64,000 nt of DNA, taken from Eledone cirrhosa. Its lineage: Eukaryota. Positions 15,599-25,334 of the stretch are shown in pieces. The notes under the pieces were generated by a model. It was not told the DNA's origin and made no database searches. It saw nothing but the letters and a program-made list of their open reading frames with translations. The position numbers were made by a program, and so were the translations under genes. The stretch covers positions 226,920,001 to 226,984,000 of the forward strand of contig OZ024743.1 in assembly GCA_964016885.1 (NCBI GenBank), given 5' to 3'. The stretch's first letter is position 1. Each line of letters begins with the position of its first letter.

Positions 15599-16589
15599 TT
15601 GTAATAGTTGTTGCAGAAAATTCTCGTGTTCCATTTCTCGTTGCACGCAAACAACTCTTCTGCATTTTGTTGTATTTATATGAATATGGAAATACCAAGA
15701 GAGTCCTTCCTTATGAAGGTGAGGAAGAAAGAGATGGTGGTCGGAAAGAAGAGAGGGTTGGACATTTAATATGTTGCTAGTGAGCCTGTTGTTGATGGTG
15801 GCTGTGGTGGTCGTGTTATTAAAGATGTATATGTTTGGTAGTCCTTCAATATGTGTGAGACTGTGTTTATGTGAGCGTGTACGTGTATATATATATATAT
15901 ATATATATATGTGTCTGCGTCTGTGTGTGTGTACGTGTATATATGTGCCTGCGTCTGTGTGAGCGAGTACGTGTCTGTATGTGTATGTGTGCTTGTGTGT
16001 GTGTGTGAATATGTACGCGTATATGAGTGCCTGCGTCTGTGTGTGTAGTGTGTGTAGTGCGTTTGTGTGTGTATGGGTGCGTGTGTGCATATTTGTGTAT
16101 AGTGTCTAGAAGAAATAAAGCCAATTTTACATTTTTTACACAAGAACCGAAACTAGCTGAATCAGTAAAGCAGCTGCTAATCTCTGTAGTTCGTATCGTT
16201 GTCGTCCACCAGTTTGTAGGATGGTGTGTGTGACATATGTACCAGTCGTCTCTCCGTTTGGCTCCCAATGTTAAATAGCAGCCACATACTTCCATATGGG
16301 CTGCTATAGTAGATTGGGTAGTCATCTAATGACATATTGACAGTCGTTATTCTAACTTTGCTTTCCCGATTCTACTCGTAATTTTCCGTCGAAAAGCACA
16401 CTATATCTATTGCAAAATATCATTTTAAACTATAGTAAAATTAAGAGAAACTATATTTTCCTCGGGGCAGCCAGGCTAAAATTACTTTCTTTGTAGGGCT
16501 CTCTCCTAGATGTAATTTGTTTATCACAAAATAATAACATTATCAACAACATCAGTATCACAACCGCAACAACAGCAACAATAATAATA

Positions 16590-16808
16590 ATTGTTTCTAC
16601 TTTAGGCACAAGGCCAGCAATTTTAAAGGGAGAGAAAAGTCGATTAAATCGACGTCAATACATTACTGGTACTTTATTTTATCGACCCCGTAAGGATGAA
16701 AGGCAAAGTTAACCTCGGCAGAATTTGAACCCAGACCGTAAAGGGGCGTAACTCGATGCTGCAAAGCATGGCGTCCGACCCTCTACCGATACTGCGAATC
16801 CACCGCCC
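16590..16808 (-). mobile_element. tRNA-derived SINE, full length, embedded in (AAT)n
   Basis: Same A/B box, body and tail as 1151-1336; (AAT)n at both ends. Confidence 0.88.
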
Positions 16809-16855
<47 letters not shown>

Positions 16856-16856
<1 letters not shown>

Positions 16857-16920
16857 TGTTTCTACTTTTGGCACAAGGCCAGCAATTAACAAGTACATTA
16901 CTGGTACTTTATTTTATCGA
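16856..16920 (-). mobile_element. 5'-truncated SINE 3' fragment between (AAT)n tracts
   Basis: ttgtttctacttttggcacaaggccagcaattaacaagtacattactggtactttattttatcga. Confidence 0.8.
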
Positions 16921-16940
16921 ATAATAATAATAATAATAAT

Positions 16941-17000
16941 GTTTTCTTTATTAACCACAAGGGTTTACATAAAGTAGACATTAAGGACAGTACAGGACAA
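16941..17000 (-). mobile_element. 60-bp 3'-terminal fragment of the Tx1-type LINE
   Basis: ttctttattaaccacaagggtttacataaagtagacattaaggacagtacaggacaa matches 19251-19310. Confidence 0.85.
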
Positions 17001-19193
17001 TTGGATTAAAGTATTGGATTAAAAACATAACATCCCTCCACCCAAAACTGACAACCATGTTCAATGACTGCTTGATGTCAGGTGAGGTACCAGAGTGGTT
17101 GACAAAAGGTACCACAGTTCTGATAAGGAAAGACCGAATCAAGGGTAATGATGTTACCAACTATAGACCTATCACATGTCTGTCCGTAATGTGGAAACTG
17201 TTGACAAGCATTATGTCTGAGGAAATCTACCATCACCTCCACACAAACAACTTGTTACCGGATGAACAGAAAGGATGCCGAAAGAAGTCACGTGGTACAA
17301 AGGACCAGTTACTTATTGATAAGATGGTAATGAGGAATTGCAAGAGGAGACACAGTGGTCTGGATACACAGGATGGATAGACTACAAAAAGGCATTTGAC
17401 ATGGCGCCTCATTCTTGGATCACCAAAAGCCTGGAGATCTTCAAGGTGGCAGATAACATCAGACAGTTGTTGGGCAAAAGTATGAAGTCCTGGGAAACAG
17501 AGTTAACATCAACTGGAGAATCCTTGGGAAGCGTGAAGATCAAGAGAGGTATCTTCCAGGGAGATGGTCTGTCCCCTCTGTTGTTTGTCCATGCCCTGAT
17601 GCCCCTGACCAGTGTACTGCGAAAAGTGAGAGCAGGATACAGGTTGGGAAAGGGAGGGCTTACCATCAATCACATCCTCTTCATGGACGAGCTTAAGCTC
17701 TTCGGGAAGAGTGAGAAGGAGTTGGATGTGCTTGTTGACACTGTCCGTATTTTCAGCAATGATATATGTATGCAATTTGGTATTAGTAAGTGTGGAGTCA
17801 TTGTGATGAGGAGGGGTAAGTTGAGCAGAAGTAACGGAATCCAGATACCAACAGGTGAGATGATAAAGGAAATTGACTCTGAGGAAGGATACAAGTATTT
17901 GGGCGTTCTGGAGGCTGATGACATCAAGAACAAAAAAATGAAGGAATTGATAAGAACTGAATACCTTCGGAGAGTAAGGAGCGTATTAAAGTCACATCTG
18001 AACAGTAGGAATGCCATAAGTGCAGTAAATTCCCGAGCTGTGTCTATTATTAGGTACAGTGCGGGAATTCTGAGATGGAATGTTGCTGAACAAAAAGAAA
18101 TGGATAGGAAGACTAGGAAGCTATTGACTATCTACAATATGTTCCACAAGAGGAGTGATGTCGATAGACTCTACTTAAGGAGATCTGAAGGTGGAAGAGG
18201 TCTTATCAGCATAGAGGACTGTGTTCAGATGGAGAAAAACAACCTATACAAATACGTGACTGATAGTAAGGAGCCAATGCTCAGAACTGTACTGAAGGAG
18301 GGGACAATAGGCCAGGGGATGTCCAAGGAGGAAATAACATCAAGGAGAAAGAGCAGCCTTCAGGAAATATCCCTTCATAGTACCTTCTTTGAGAAAACTG
18401 AATTTAGAGATGCACAGACATGGAACTGGTTGAAAAGAGGAGACCTTAAAAAGGCTACAGAAGGAATGTTAATGGCTGCGCAGGAGCAGGCCCTCAAAAC
18501 GAAGTGGTTGAAACACCACATTTACAATGAGGAGGCTAGCCCACTGTGCAGGATCTGTGGAAAGAGAGAGGAGACTGTGGCTCACATTGTATCCGAGTGT
18601 AAACACCTAGCCCAGACTCACTATAAGGGCTGGAGACATGATGTGATGGGCAGGGTGATCCACTGGCACCTATGCAAAGTAAACAATTTACCACATTCTG
18701 AGAAGTGGTATGAGCATAAGCCAGAGGTGGTGATAGAAAACGATCAGGTGAAGGTGCTGTGGGATTTTAGGATACAGACGGACAAGAAACTGGAACACAA
18801 TAGCCCAGGACCTGGTGGTTTTGGACAAAGAAAAAAGATCGTGCCTGATTGTGGATGTGGCCTGCCCATTTGACACGAGAGTGCAAGAGAAGGAGAGGGA
18901 GAAAATTAACCGATACCAGGACTTAAAGTGGGAGGTAAAAAGGATTTGGAACTGCCATGAAGTCAAAGTGATCCCGATTGTCATAGGCGCACTAGGGACT
19001 ATCTCAAAAAGTTTCCAGGGATGGTTAATGAAAATTGGCCCCTTCACGCTTTTTGGAACGCTTCAAAAGGCATGATTGCTGGGAACAGCAAGAACCCTCC
19101 GATACGTCCTGAATATCTGAGGCTGCAGGTAGTGGCTTGATATTCATTTCAACAAACTTTCCAGTTAACTAACATCAATGACTGAGACTCAAA

Positions 19194-19194
<1 letters not shown>
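17001..19194 (+). mobile_element. R4/Dong-type non-LTR retrotransposon, 5'-truncated and frameshifted (RT, CCHC finger, RLE endonuclease)
   Basis: ORFs 17057-17380, 17338-18873 and 18815-19075: NYRPITCL, IDYKKAFD, GIFQGD, FMDE, YKYLG, CRIC..ETVAHIVSEC, RHD, IVDVACP, KINRYQDL; ends in (AAT)n; premature TGA at 19073-19075. Confidence 0.9.
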
Positions 19195-19250
<56 letters not shown>

Positions 19251-19510
19251 TTTCTTTATTAACCACAAGGGTTTACATAAAGTAGACATTAAGGACAGTG
19301 CAGGACAATGCAGGACAGTACAAATGGGCATTTCTGCGTGTAAAAAAAACAAAAACAGAGGATGTAACAAAAATAACAATGAAAATAACAATGAAAAATT
19401 CCCCAATAGGGGGGAGACTTCGAGGGACATTTGTGGAGAAAGCCCAGTAAAAAGCCACAATGACCCTGACCACCAAGGCAAGTGCCCTCTCCCAGTTTTC
19501 CACCTTTAGT

Positions 19511-22500
19511 TTACAGATATATACTCAGAGTCGGCCCATTCACTCGGGCCATTCTTGCTTCTCTCACCCATCTTTCAACAAAATGCTGGGAAGAGAGCAC
19601 TTCCTTCTCTACTCTGATTTTCCTTTTCAAATGAAATTTGAAAAAGTCAATCAGAGCATCACCGAAGAGGTAAGTGCTCGTCTTCAGCCCTTTCAAACGT
19701 GTCCACCATACTATCTCTTTCGCCATGGCCACCAGACAGATAAAAACTGCCTGCCCTTCCCGGCTAAAGGAGGAGGGCGGGGCAATCCTCACGATAGACT
19801 CAGATGATAGCTGGATCCGTCCCAAACGCGACAGCAGGTGTTCGACATAAACCCACAAGTCAGCAATTTTCGGACACTGGACGAGTGCGTGCAGGACGGT
19901 TTCGTCGCCCTGCGCGCATCTCGGACATGCCCGGCTGACGGCACCTCCATGCCTGTAGAGTTTATCCCGAACTGGCAAGGCTCCTCGGTAGCACTGCCAG
20001 GCCAGAGATTTCTGGAAGTTGTCCATAGGCCCCGGTCCGAAAGTTCTTCCGAAGAGATTGGCTAGTTGATTTTCGTCGACGCCTAGAGTTTCCCCAAGTA
20101 CGTCGTCGCTCTTCCCCTCCACTAATCCTCTATAGAACGCCGAGGTGGAGTTTCCACCGATCACATTGCCCGATTGGTCGAGGGCTGTGAGCGCCTGAAG
20201 ACATTCCAGTCTCCAGGCGCTCCCTCTCGGTCTTCGCTTGACCCAGGACTGCAGCTCCGTCAAGGAAACGAGCTGGGGAAAAACGCGTCTAGCAAACGGC
20301 GACCACACCTGATCACCGTCGAGGAAGAGGTGGAGATGTCGTAGCCTGAGCGCGTGCCTGCGCATCATCAGCCACGGCATGCCCAGCCCTCCACGTAGCG
20401 GGTGTTGACAACAGATGGACCGCCTGACCATCGGAGCACGTCCCTTCCACAAAAAGCGAAAGAGCAAACGCTCCAGCGCAGTCAGGCGAGGCTTAGGACA
20501 AGGTACGACGGTTAGGCGGTAGCAGATGACAGACGCGATGTACGCGTTAGCCACCTCCGCTCGACCTTTCAGGGATAGCTTCCTCTCCGCCCATTTCTGG
20601 GTGAGAGAAGCCACCCTGCTCGTCACCTCGTCCCAGTTTTTGTCCGTCTGGAGGTCCGGACCGAACCAGACCCCTAGCAATTTAACCGGTCCGTCCGTCC
20701 AGCGCCCGACGACGCTGTTGGACGGCATGGACCTGCCTCTCCAGGTGCCGAGCTGCAGGCCCACTGACTTTTCCTGGTTGATCATTGCTCCTGTCACCGC
20801 TTCGTATTCTCTTAGTGTAGTGCCGATCGCCTCGATGTGTTTGGCGTTCGACACCACTACGGTGACATCGTCCGCATATGCTGACACGGATCTTCCGCAT
20901 CCTAGTTCGCGCGGGACTCCCCTCAACGTCTCCAGTTTGTGCAGTAATGGCTCGAGAGTCAATACGTACAAGAGGGACGAGAGGGGACATCCTTGGCGGA
21001 CCGAGCGCATGATGTTGAACGGTTCCGACAGGTGACCGTTCACTCTCACCACAGAGCAGATGTCGCTGTGCATGGCAGCGATCCAGCCTCTGAAGACGGG
21101 CCCAAAGCCAGCCGCCCTCAGGACTGCCGCTAGGTAACGATGGTCGACCCTATCGAAAGCTTTCGACTGATCTAAATTGATCAAGGACCCACCCGTGCCA
21201 GGTTCCCTAGCTACCCTCTCTACGATGTATCGCATGAGGTGGAGGTTGTCGTGGATGGATCTGTCGGGAATGGCGCATGTCTGCGCCTCTCCCACCAGAC
21301 GACCAACGACAAGCGCCAACCTCTTTGCTAGCACCTTGGCCAAAATCTTAAACTCTGTGTTTAGCAGAGTTATGGGCCGGAAATTGTCTATGTTATCCCC
21401 CTTGTTCGGATCCTTTCTCAGCAGTGCCACCGCTCCTCGGCTCACAGAACTGGGAATTCTCCCGTTCTGTTGCCAGTTGCAGTAGACGTCCGCCAAGAGG
21501 CCTCCGAACAAGTCTGGCATCTGTACGTAAAGTTCATAGGGCAGACCATCCAAACCAGGCGATTTACCCCTTGTGCAGCCAGTCATTGCCTCCCGTACTT
21601 CAGCGGCTGTTATCGGCTTTTCGCAACACTTCGCCTCAGTGGCCGAGAGCCGCGGCAGTCCGTCGAGGTAGACACTAAAGTCCATCCCTCTACCCGGCCC
21701 CCCGCTGCCCCCGAACAGCTGAGCGAAGTGTCGCTGAAAAGCTTCACACATTTGCCCGGGATCGAGTAGCATGCGCCCGTCGTGGTCCACCAAAGACCGG
21801 ATCGTGGCTTTGTTGCCACGACGCGCCTCCGCCACTCGGGCCCATTGAACGGCTTTCGTCCCCTCGTGTCTGAGAGCACGCACCCTAGCTCTGACAACGC
21901 AGCCTTCGTGCTTTGCATTGAAGAATTGGTCAAGGGCCAATTTCGCCGCAAGCACGTCGGTCGCAATGCCTTTGCTAAGCGCCTCGTCTAATTTTCTAAC
22001 TAGTTCTCCCTCTGCTCTATTTTTCTCTATTGCTAAAGCCTTACTAAACCTAATCGATTCTATTCTAATCGCTCTTTTCAGAGCAAACCACCACTTGTTG
22101 TTGACGATGGCCCCCGTCAACGCCCGCTTAACTAGTTCGCTAATCCGGTCTCTGTAGGCCTTGCGCGCTGGTAAGGACGCGTTTAGCTTCCAGTAGCCGG
22201 GTCCTCGTCTATGAAGCCTATCTAAGTCAAGCACACAGATCACGAATTTGTGGTCCGTGTAGCTGACTATCTTGAATTGTGGACAGCCTATGCTAGACCT
22301 ATCTATTTCCCTACAAAATACTCTATCTAGATATGATCTGGATGACCCTATGCGGTTTGTCCAAGTCCACATTGGCACATTCGGGAAATCCAATCGGTAC
22401 CTGTCAGACAGTTCAAAACGCCTGAGCAGGTTGGTGAGGCTCTTGCACCCTCCACCCCTATCCGCTAATCCCACACAGTCCCAGCGTGCATCTAAGATCC

Positions 22501-22930
22501 CGTTCCAGTCGCCCACTAACACTAAAGAGCGGGACGTTCCAAGAAAGGTCTCCAGACGCCGGAAGAAATCAGGCCGCCCTGCTCCTGTCGGGGCATAGAC
22601 GGCCACTAGCCTGAAAGCTTGCCCGTCTCCGCTGGTCACGTCCAGCACCACCAGCTTACCCTCTGGGTCCAGGAAGATGGCCCGTATGGCGAGATCCAAA
22701 CCTCTCCGAAAAAGCACAGCAACTCCTCCACCGGATCCAGGACGGCTGGGAGATGCGTACACATCGAAGCCGCCGAAGATCGGTGCGAAGGCCCGTGCTT
22801 CGGAGATTCTGGTCTCGCTGATGGCCACTACATCTATGTTTAGTGACCTGAGGTCGTTGAGCAGGTGACCCTGCTTCCATGACGACCCCAAGCCACGCGC
22901 ATTTATGCTGCCTATTCTGAGTGAGGTCAT
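19511..22930 (-). CDS. ORF2: APE endonuclease, reverse transcriptase and C-terminal CCHC finger (1139 aa)
   Basis: APE: SINARGL, AISETR, VYAP, VGDWN, YLDRVF, YTDH; GYWKLN; RT: KSPGLDG, FRPITLLN, DQSKAFDRV, VRQGCPLS, AYADD, LLGV; SLKGR and GGLG motifs of L1/Tx1; CPRC..ETVLHALVQC. Confidence 0.95.
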   Translation of the reverse strand: MTSLRIGSINARGLGSSWKQGHLLNDLRSLNIDVVAISETRISEARAFAPIFGGFDVYASPSRPGSGGGVAVLFRRGLDLAIRAIFLDPEGKLVVLDVTSGDGQAFRLVAVYAPTGAGRPDFFRRLETFLGTSRSLVLVGDWNGILDARWDCVGLADRGGGCKSLTNLLRRFELSDRYRLDFPNVPMWTWTNRIGSSRSYLDRVFCREIDRSSIGCPQFKIVSYTDHKFVICVLDLDRLHRRGPGYWKLNASLPARKAYRDRISELVKRALTGAIVNNKWWFALKRAIRIESIRFSKALAIEKNRAEGELVRKLDEALSKGIATDVLAAKLALDQFFNAKHEGCVVRARVRALRHEGTKAVQWARVAEARRGNKATIRSLVDHDGRMLLDPGQMCEAFQRHFAQLFGGSGGPGRGMDFSVYLDGLPRLSATEAKCCEKPITAAEVREAMTGCTRGKSPGLDGLPYELYVQMPDLFGGLLADVYCNWQQNGRIPSSVSRGAVALLRKDPNKGDNIDNFRPITLLNTEFKILAKVLAKRLALVVGRLVGEAQTCAIPDRSIHDNLHLMRYIVERVAREPGTGGSLINLDQSKAFDRVDHRYLAAVLRAAGFGPVFRGWIAAMHSDICSVVRVNGHLSEPFNIMRSVRQGCPLSSLLYVLTLEPLLHKLETLRGVPRELGCGRSVSAYADDVTVVVSNAKHIEAIGTTLREYEAVTGAMINQEKSVGLQLGTWRGRSMPSNSVVGRWTDGPVKLLGVWFGPDLQTDKNWDEVTSRVASLTQKWAERKLSLKGRAEVANAYIASVICYRLTVVPCPKPRLTALERLLFRFLWKGRAPMVRRSICCQHPLRGGLGMPWLMMRRHALRLRHLHLFLDGDQVWSPFARRVFPQLVSLTELQSWVKRRPRGSAWRLECLQALTALDQSGNVIGGNSTSAFYRGLVEGKSDDVLGETLGVDENQLANLFGRTFGPGPMDNFQKSLAWQCYRGALPVRDKLYRHGGAVSRACPRCAQGDETVLHALVQCPKIADLWVYVEHLLSRLGRIQLSSESIVRIAPPSSFSREGQAVFICLVAMAKEIVWWTRLKGLKTSTYLFGDALIDFFKFHLKRKIRVEKEVLSSQHFVERWVREARMARVNGPTLSIYL

Positions 22931-22965
22931 GTTTAAAATAGAGTGGAAAAGATGGGAAAGACCAC

Positions 22966-25065
22966 TTACCGTACTTTTGGTAGAGGAGGGATGGTTTTTA
23001 CATCCCTTTTCACTTGATCGTCTGGTGAAGGGACCGTTGAATCGTCCCTTCGGCTGGTCGTCGGCTCTTCTAAGAGAATGTCTGAGTATACTCTTCGATT
23101 GATGGTTCCTCCTAGGTCCCTGAAATCACCAACTGCGTTGGGGAATTTCGTTTTAATATTTGTGTATTGTTTCTGTGCTATTTTTAGCAGTCTTATGTTA
23201 GTTGGCGTTTTGATTGGTGCTGGTATTATGTAGTCCTGTTGTGAAATGTCTGTGTGTTCAATTATGTAAGTCATTAGTTTCTTGTTGTGTGTATTTATTG
23301 CCGTGCATTTGTTTTTCTGGGGGTGGGGTGTGGTTCTGCTATTTTCTTGTCGTTGTTGCTGGGTGTGTGTGTTTTGTTGTTGTGTTTGCGATGTTGGTGC
23401 TTGTGGTGGTGGTGTTGAAGGTGTTGTTGGCGGTGGGGTTGTCGCCGGTGGTGATGGTGGCGCTAGTGTGGGTGGTGATGGTGTTGGTGTTGTTGCTGCT
23501 GTGGGTCTCTTTGCAGTAGACTTTACCCTTTTCTCATTTCTTTCCTCACTTTTCAAAGGCGACGATGCGCTGCTTCTGCGTTTGTGCCTTCTTACGACCT
23601 TTTGCCATCTCTCTCCCACCTCACACTCCATGTCTGATTCTGTGAGGTCGGGGAGGGGTACCAACTCCACTCTTTCACTTGTTGTTGTTGGTGATGTTTG
23701 CACTGGAGTCTCTGTTGCAGCTGCATTTGGTATTGCTGTTGTTGTTGTTAGTATTTCCACTGCTGCTGCTGTTTTTGATTTCCGTGGAGTGGGTATGGGT
23801 GCCACGGGCCTATCGTTCCTGGTTGCCGCTTGTCCTGTTGCTGGTAGCCGTGGAGCCGGATTCGGAAGGAGGGGGGTTTTCTCCTTTCTCAGGGTCTTCT
23901 CGTTGCAGAAGGCCCTGAGGTGAGTCTTCGATCCACAGCGAAAGCATTTCGGGCGTTTGCCCTCAACACTTATGGGCAGTTGAGTGCCGTTATCGAAGTC
24001 TATCACATCCGGGATAGCTTCGATGCACTCCTGGTTGGTTTGGATTAGCATCTCAATGGAGGAGCCGACCCAATCTTCTCTTACTTTTTTCTGTACTTGC
24101 AGTACAGTTGTTTTGTCCTCGATTCCGACGAGGACAGACGCGGCCAGCCAAGAAGGGGTCATTCCGGGGGGGACGTGGGTCAGTTTGACCCTCACAATTT
24201 TTTGCCCACAGTAGGAGGGCACCAACACCATTTCCTCGCTCCTTAGGGTCACTACTGATTGGGCCTTTGCCTCCTGGGGTGTGGCAAAAAGTACGTCTAC
24301 GGTGGCATATTTTTTGCCTCGGGTGATGTGCGTTTTCCGCTGCCACACAGACCCCAAGGCTTTTTGTATTTGGGCCTCTGTGGCTCTTTCCACCCTACGG
24401 GATTTTGTACTTACTGTACGGTACGTGACCGTACAGTGCTCTTGGGTTTCGAAAAAATTTTTCGCTGCCTTGCAGATTGCTCGGTGTCCGTTCTTTGTCA
24501 CCATCTTCTTCGCTTCCTCTAATTCCTCATTTGTTATGAGGATTGTTTCCAAATTTTTCGCAATACCTGCAAATGAGATTGGTTTTTCTCTGCTGTTGTT
24601 GTTGTTGTCGTCAGAGCTGCTGGTACTTTTGTTGTTGCTGCAGGTACTACGACTACTGCCTCCGCCGCTGTTGCTGTGGTTGTTGTTGGTGTTGCTGCTG
24701 CTAATGCTGTTGTTGTTTATGCTGCTGGTGATGCTGTTGCGGCTGCTACTGTTGTTTTCATTGTCACTGTTGCTGTTGTTATTACGGCTGCTACTGCTAT
24801 TATTCCTGACGTCAGACGAATGAACTGGGTTTTCGTATTTCCCGCACACCTGTTTCGTCGCTGTCGTCGTCGTCGTGGAGAAACCTTGCACGCTTTGCAC
24901 GAGACTTTTCTTTTCTTTCGTCACTTGCGAAAGAGAAGGGAGGGAGAGAGACACATTTAAAGAAGGGAGGGAGAGAGACAATCTTCTCTCTGCTGTAGTG
25001 ATGATTGAGGAAGAAGAAGACGGAATGAGTGGGAGTGACGTATGAAATTTCTTTTTGGTAGCCAT
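22966..25065 (-). CDS. ORF1: gag-like nucleic-acid-binding protein with zinc knuckle (~699 aa from ATG at 25065)
   Basis: CFRCGSKTHLRAFC = CX2CX4HX4C; upstream region resembling an RRM; Ser/Asn-rich N-terminus and Pro/Thr-rich linker; lies directly upstream of ORF2. Confidence 0.88.
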   Translation of the reverse strand: MATKKKFHTSLPLIPSSSSSIITTAERRLSLSLPSLNVSLSLPSLSQVTKEKKSLVQSVQGFSTTTTTATKQVCGKYENPVHSSDVRNNSSSSRNNNSNSDNENNSSSRNSITSSINNNSISSSNTNNNHSNSGGGSSRSTCSNNKSTSSSDDNNNNSREKPISFAGIAKNLETILITNEELEEAKKMVTKNGHRAICKAAKNFFETQEHCTVTYRTVSTKSRRVERATEAQIQKALGSVWQRKTHITRGKKYATVDVLFATPQEAKAQSVVTLRSEEMVLVPSYCGQKIVRVKLTHVPPGMTPSWLAASVLVGIEDKTTVLQVQKKVREDWVGSSIEMLIQTNQECIEAIPDVIDFDNGTQLPISVEGKRPKCFRCGSKTHLRAFCNEKTLRKEKTPLLPNPAPRLPATGQAATRNDRPVAPIPTPRKSKTAAAVEILTTTTAIPNAAATETPVQTSPTTTSERVELVPLPDLTESDMECEVGERWQKVVRRHKRRSSASSPLKSEERNEKRVKSTAKRPTAATTPTPSPPTLAPPSPPATTPPPTTPSTPPPQAPTSQTQQQNTHTQQQRQENSRTTPHPQKNKCTAINTHNKKLMTYIIEHTDISQQDYIIPAPIKTPTNIRLLKIAQKQYTNIKTKFPNAVGDFRDLGGTINRRVYSDILLEEPTTSRRDDSTVPSPDDQVKRDVKTIPPLPKVR

Positions 25066-25278
25066 GTTTTTTTGTTTAAAATGAAATTTTGGGTACAAAA
25101 CCCCAATAACTGGTTATTTAACCCCGAAGGGCCAAATAACGGACAGAAAGACCCCTCTCACGAGGAGGAGGGTGTCTTTATCAACAATTTGGTTCAAGTT
25201 TTAAACAATTTACAATTGTTTTAACGGTTAAAAATTACTATACCTTACAGAGCCGAGCCTCCGTCAACCATGGCATTC

Positions 25279-25332
<54 letters not shown>

Positions 25333-25334
<2 letters not shown>

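Larger units (their letters stand above)
19249..25278 (-). mobile_element. Full-length two-ORF L1/Tx1-type non-LTR retrotransposon flanked by (AAT)18 on each side
   Basis: ~210-nt 5'UTR, ORF1, ORF2, ~260-nt 3'UTR ending AATAAAGAAATC-(ATT)n; both ORFs uninterrupted. Confidence 0.92.

Noticed and set aside
19460-24960. Plus-strand ORFs overlapping the Tx1 element
   Set aside because: Antisense shadows of GC-rich coding sequence; they repeat in other copies only because the copies are nearly identical.
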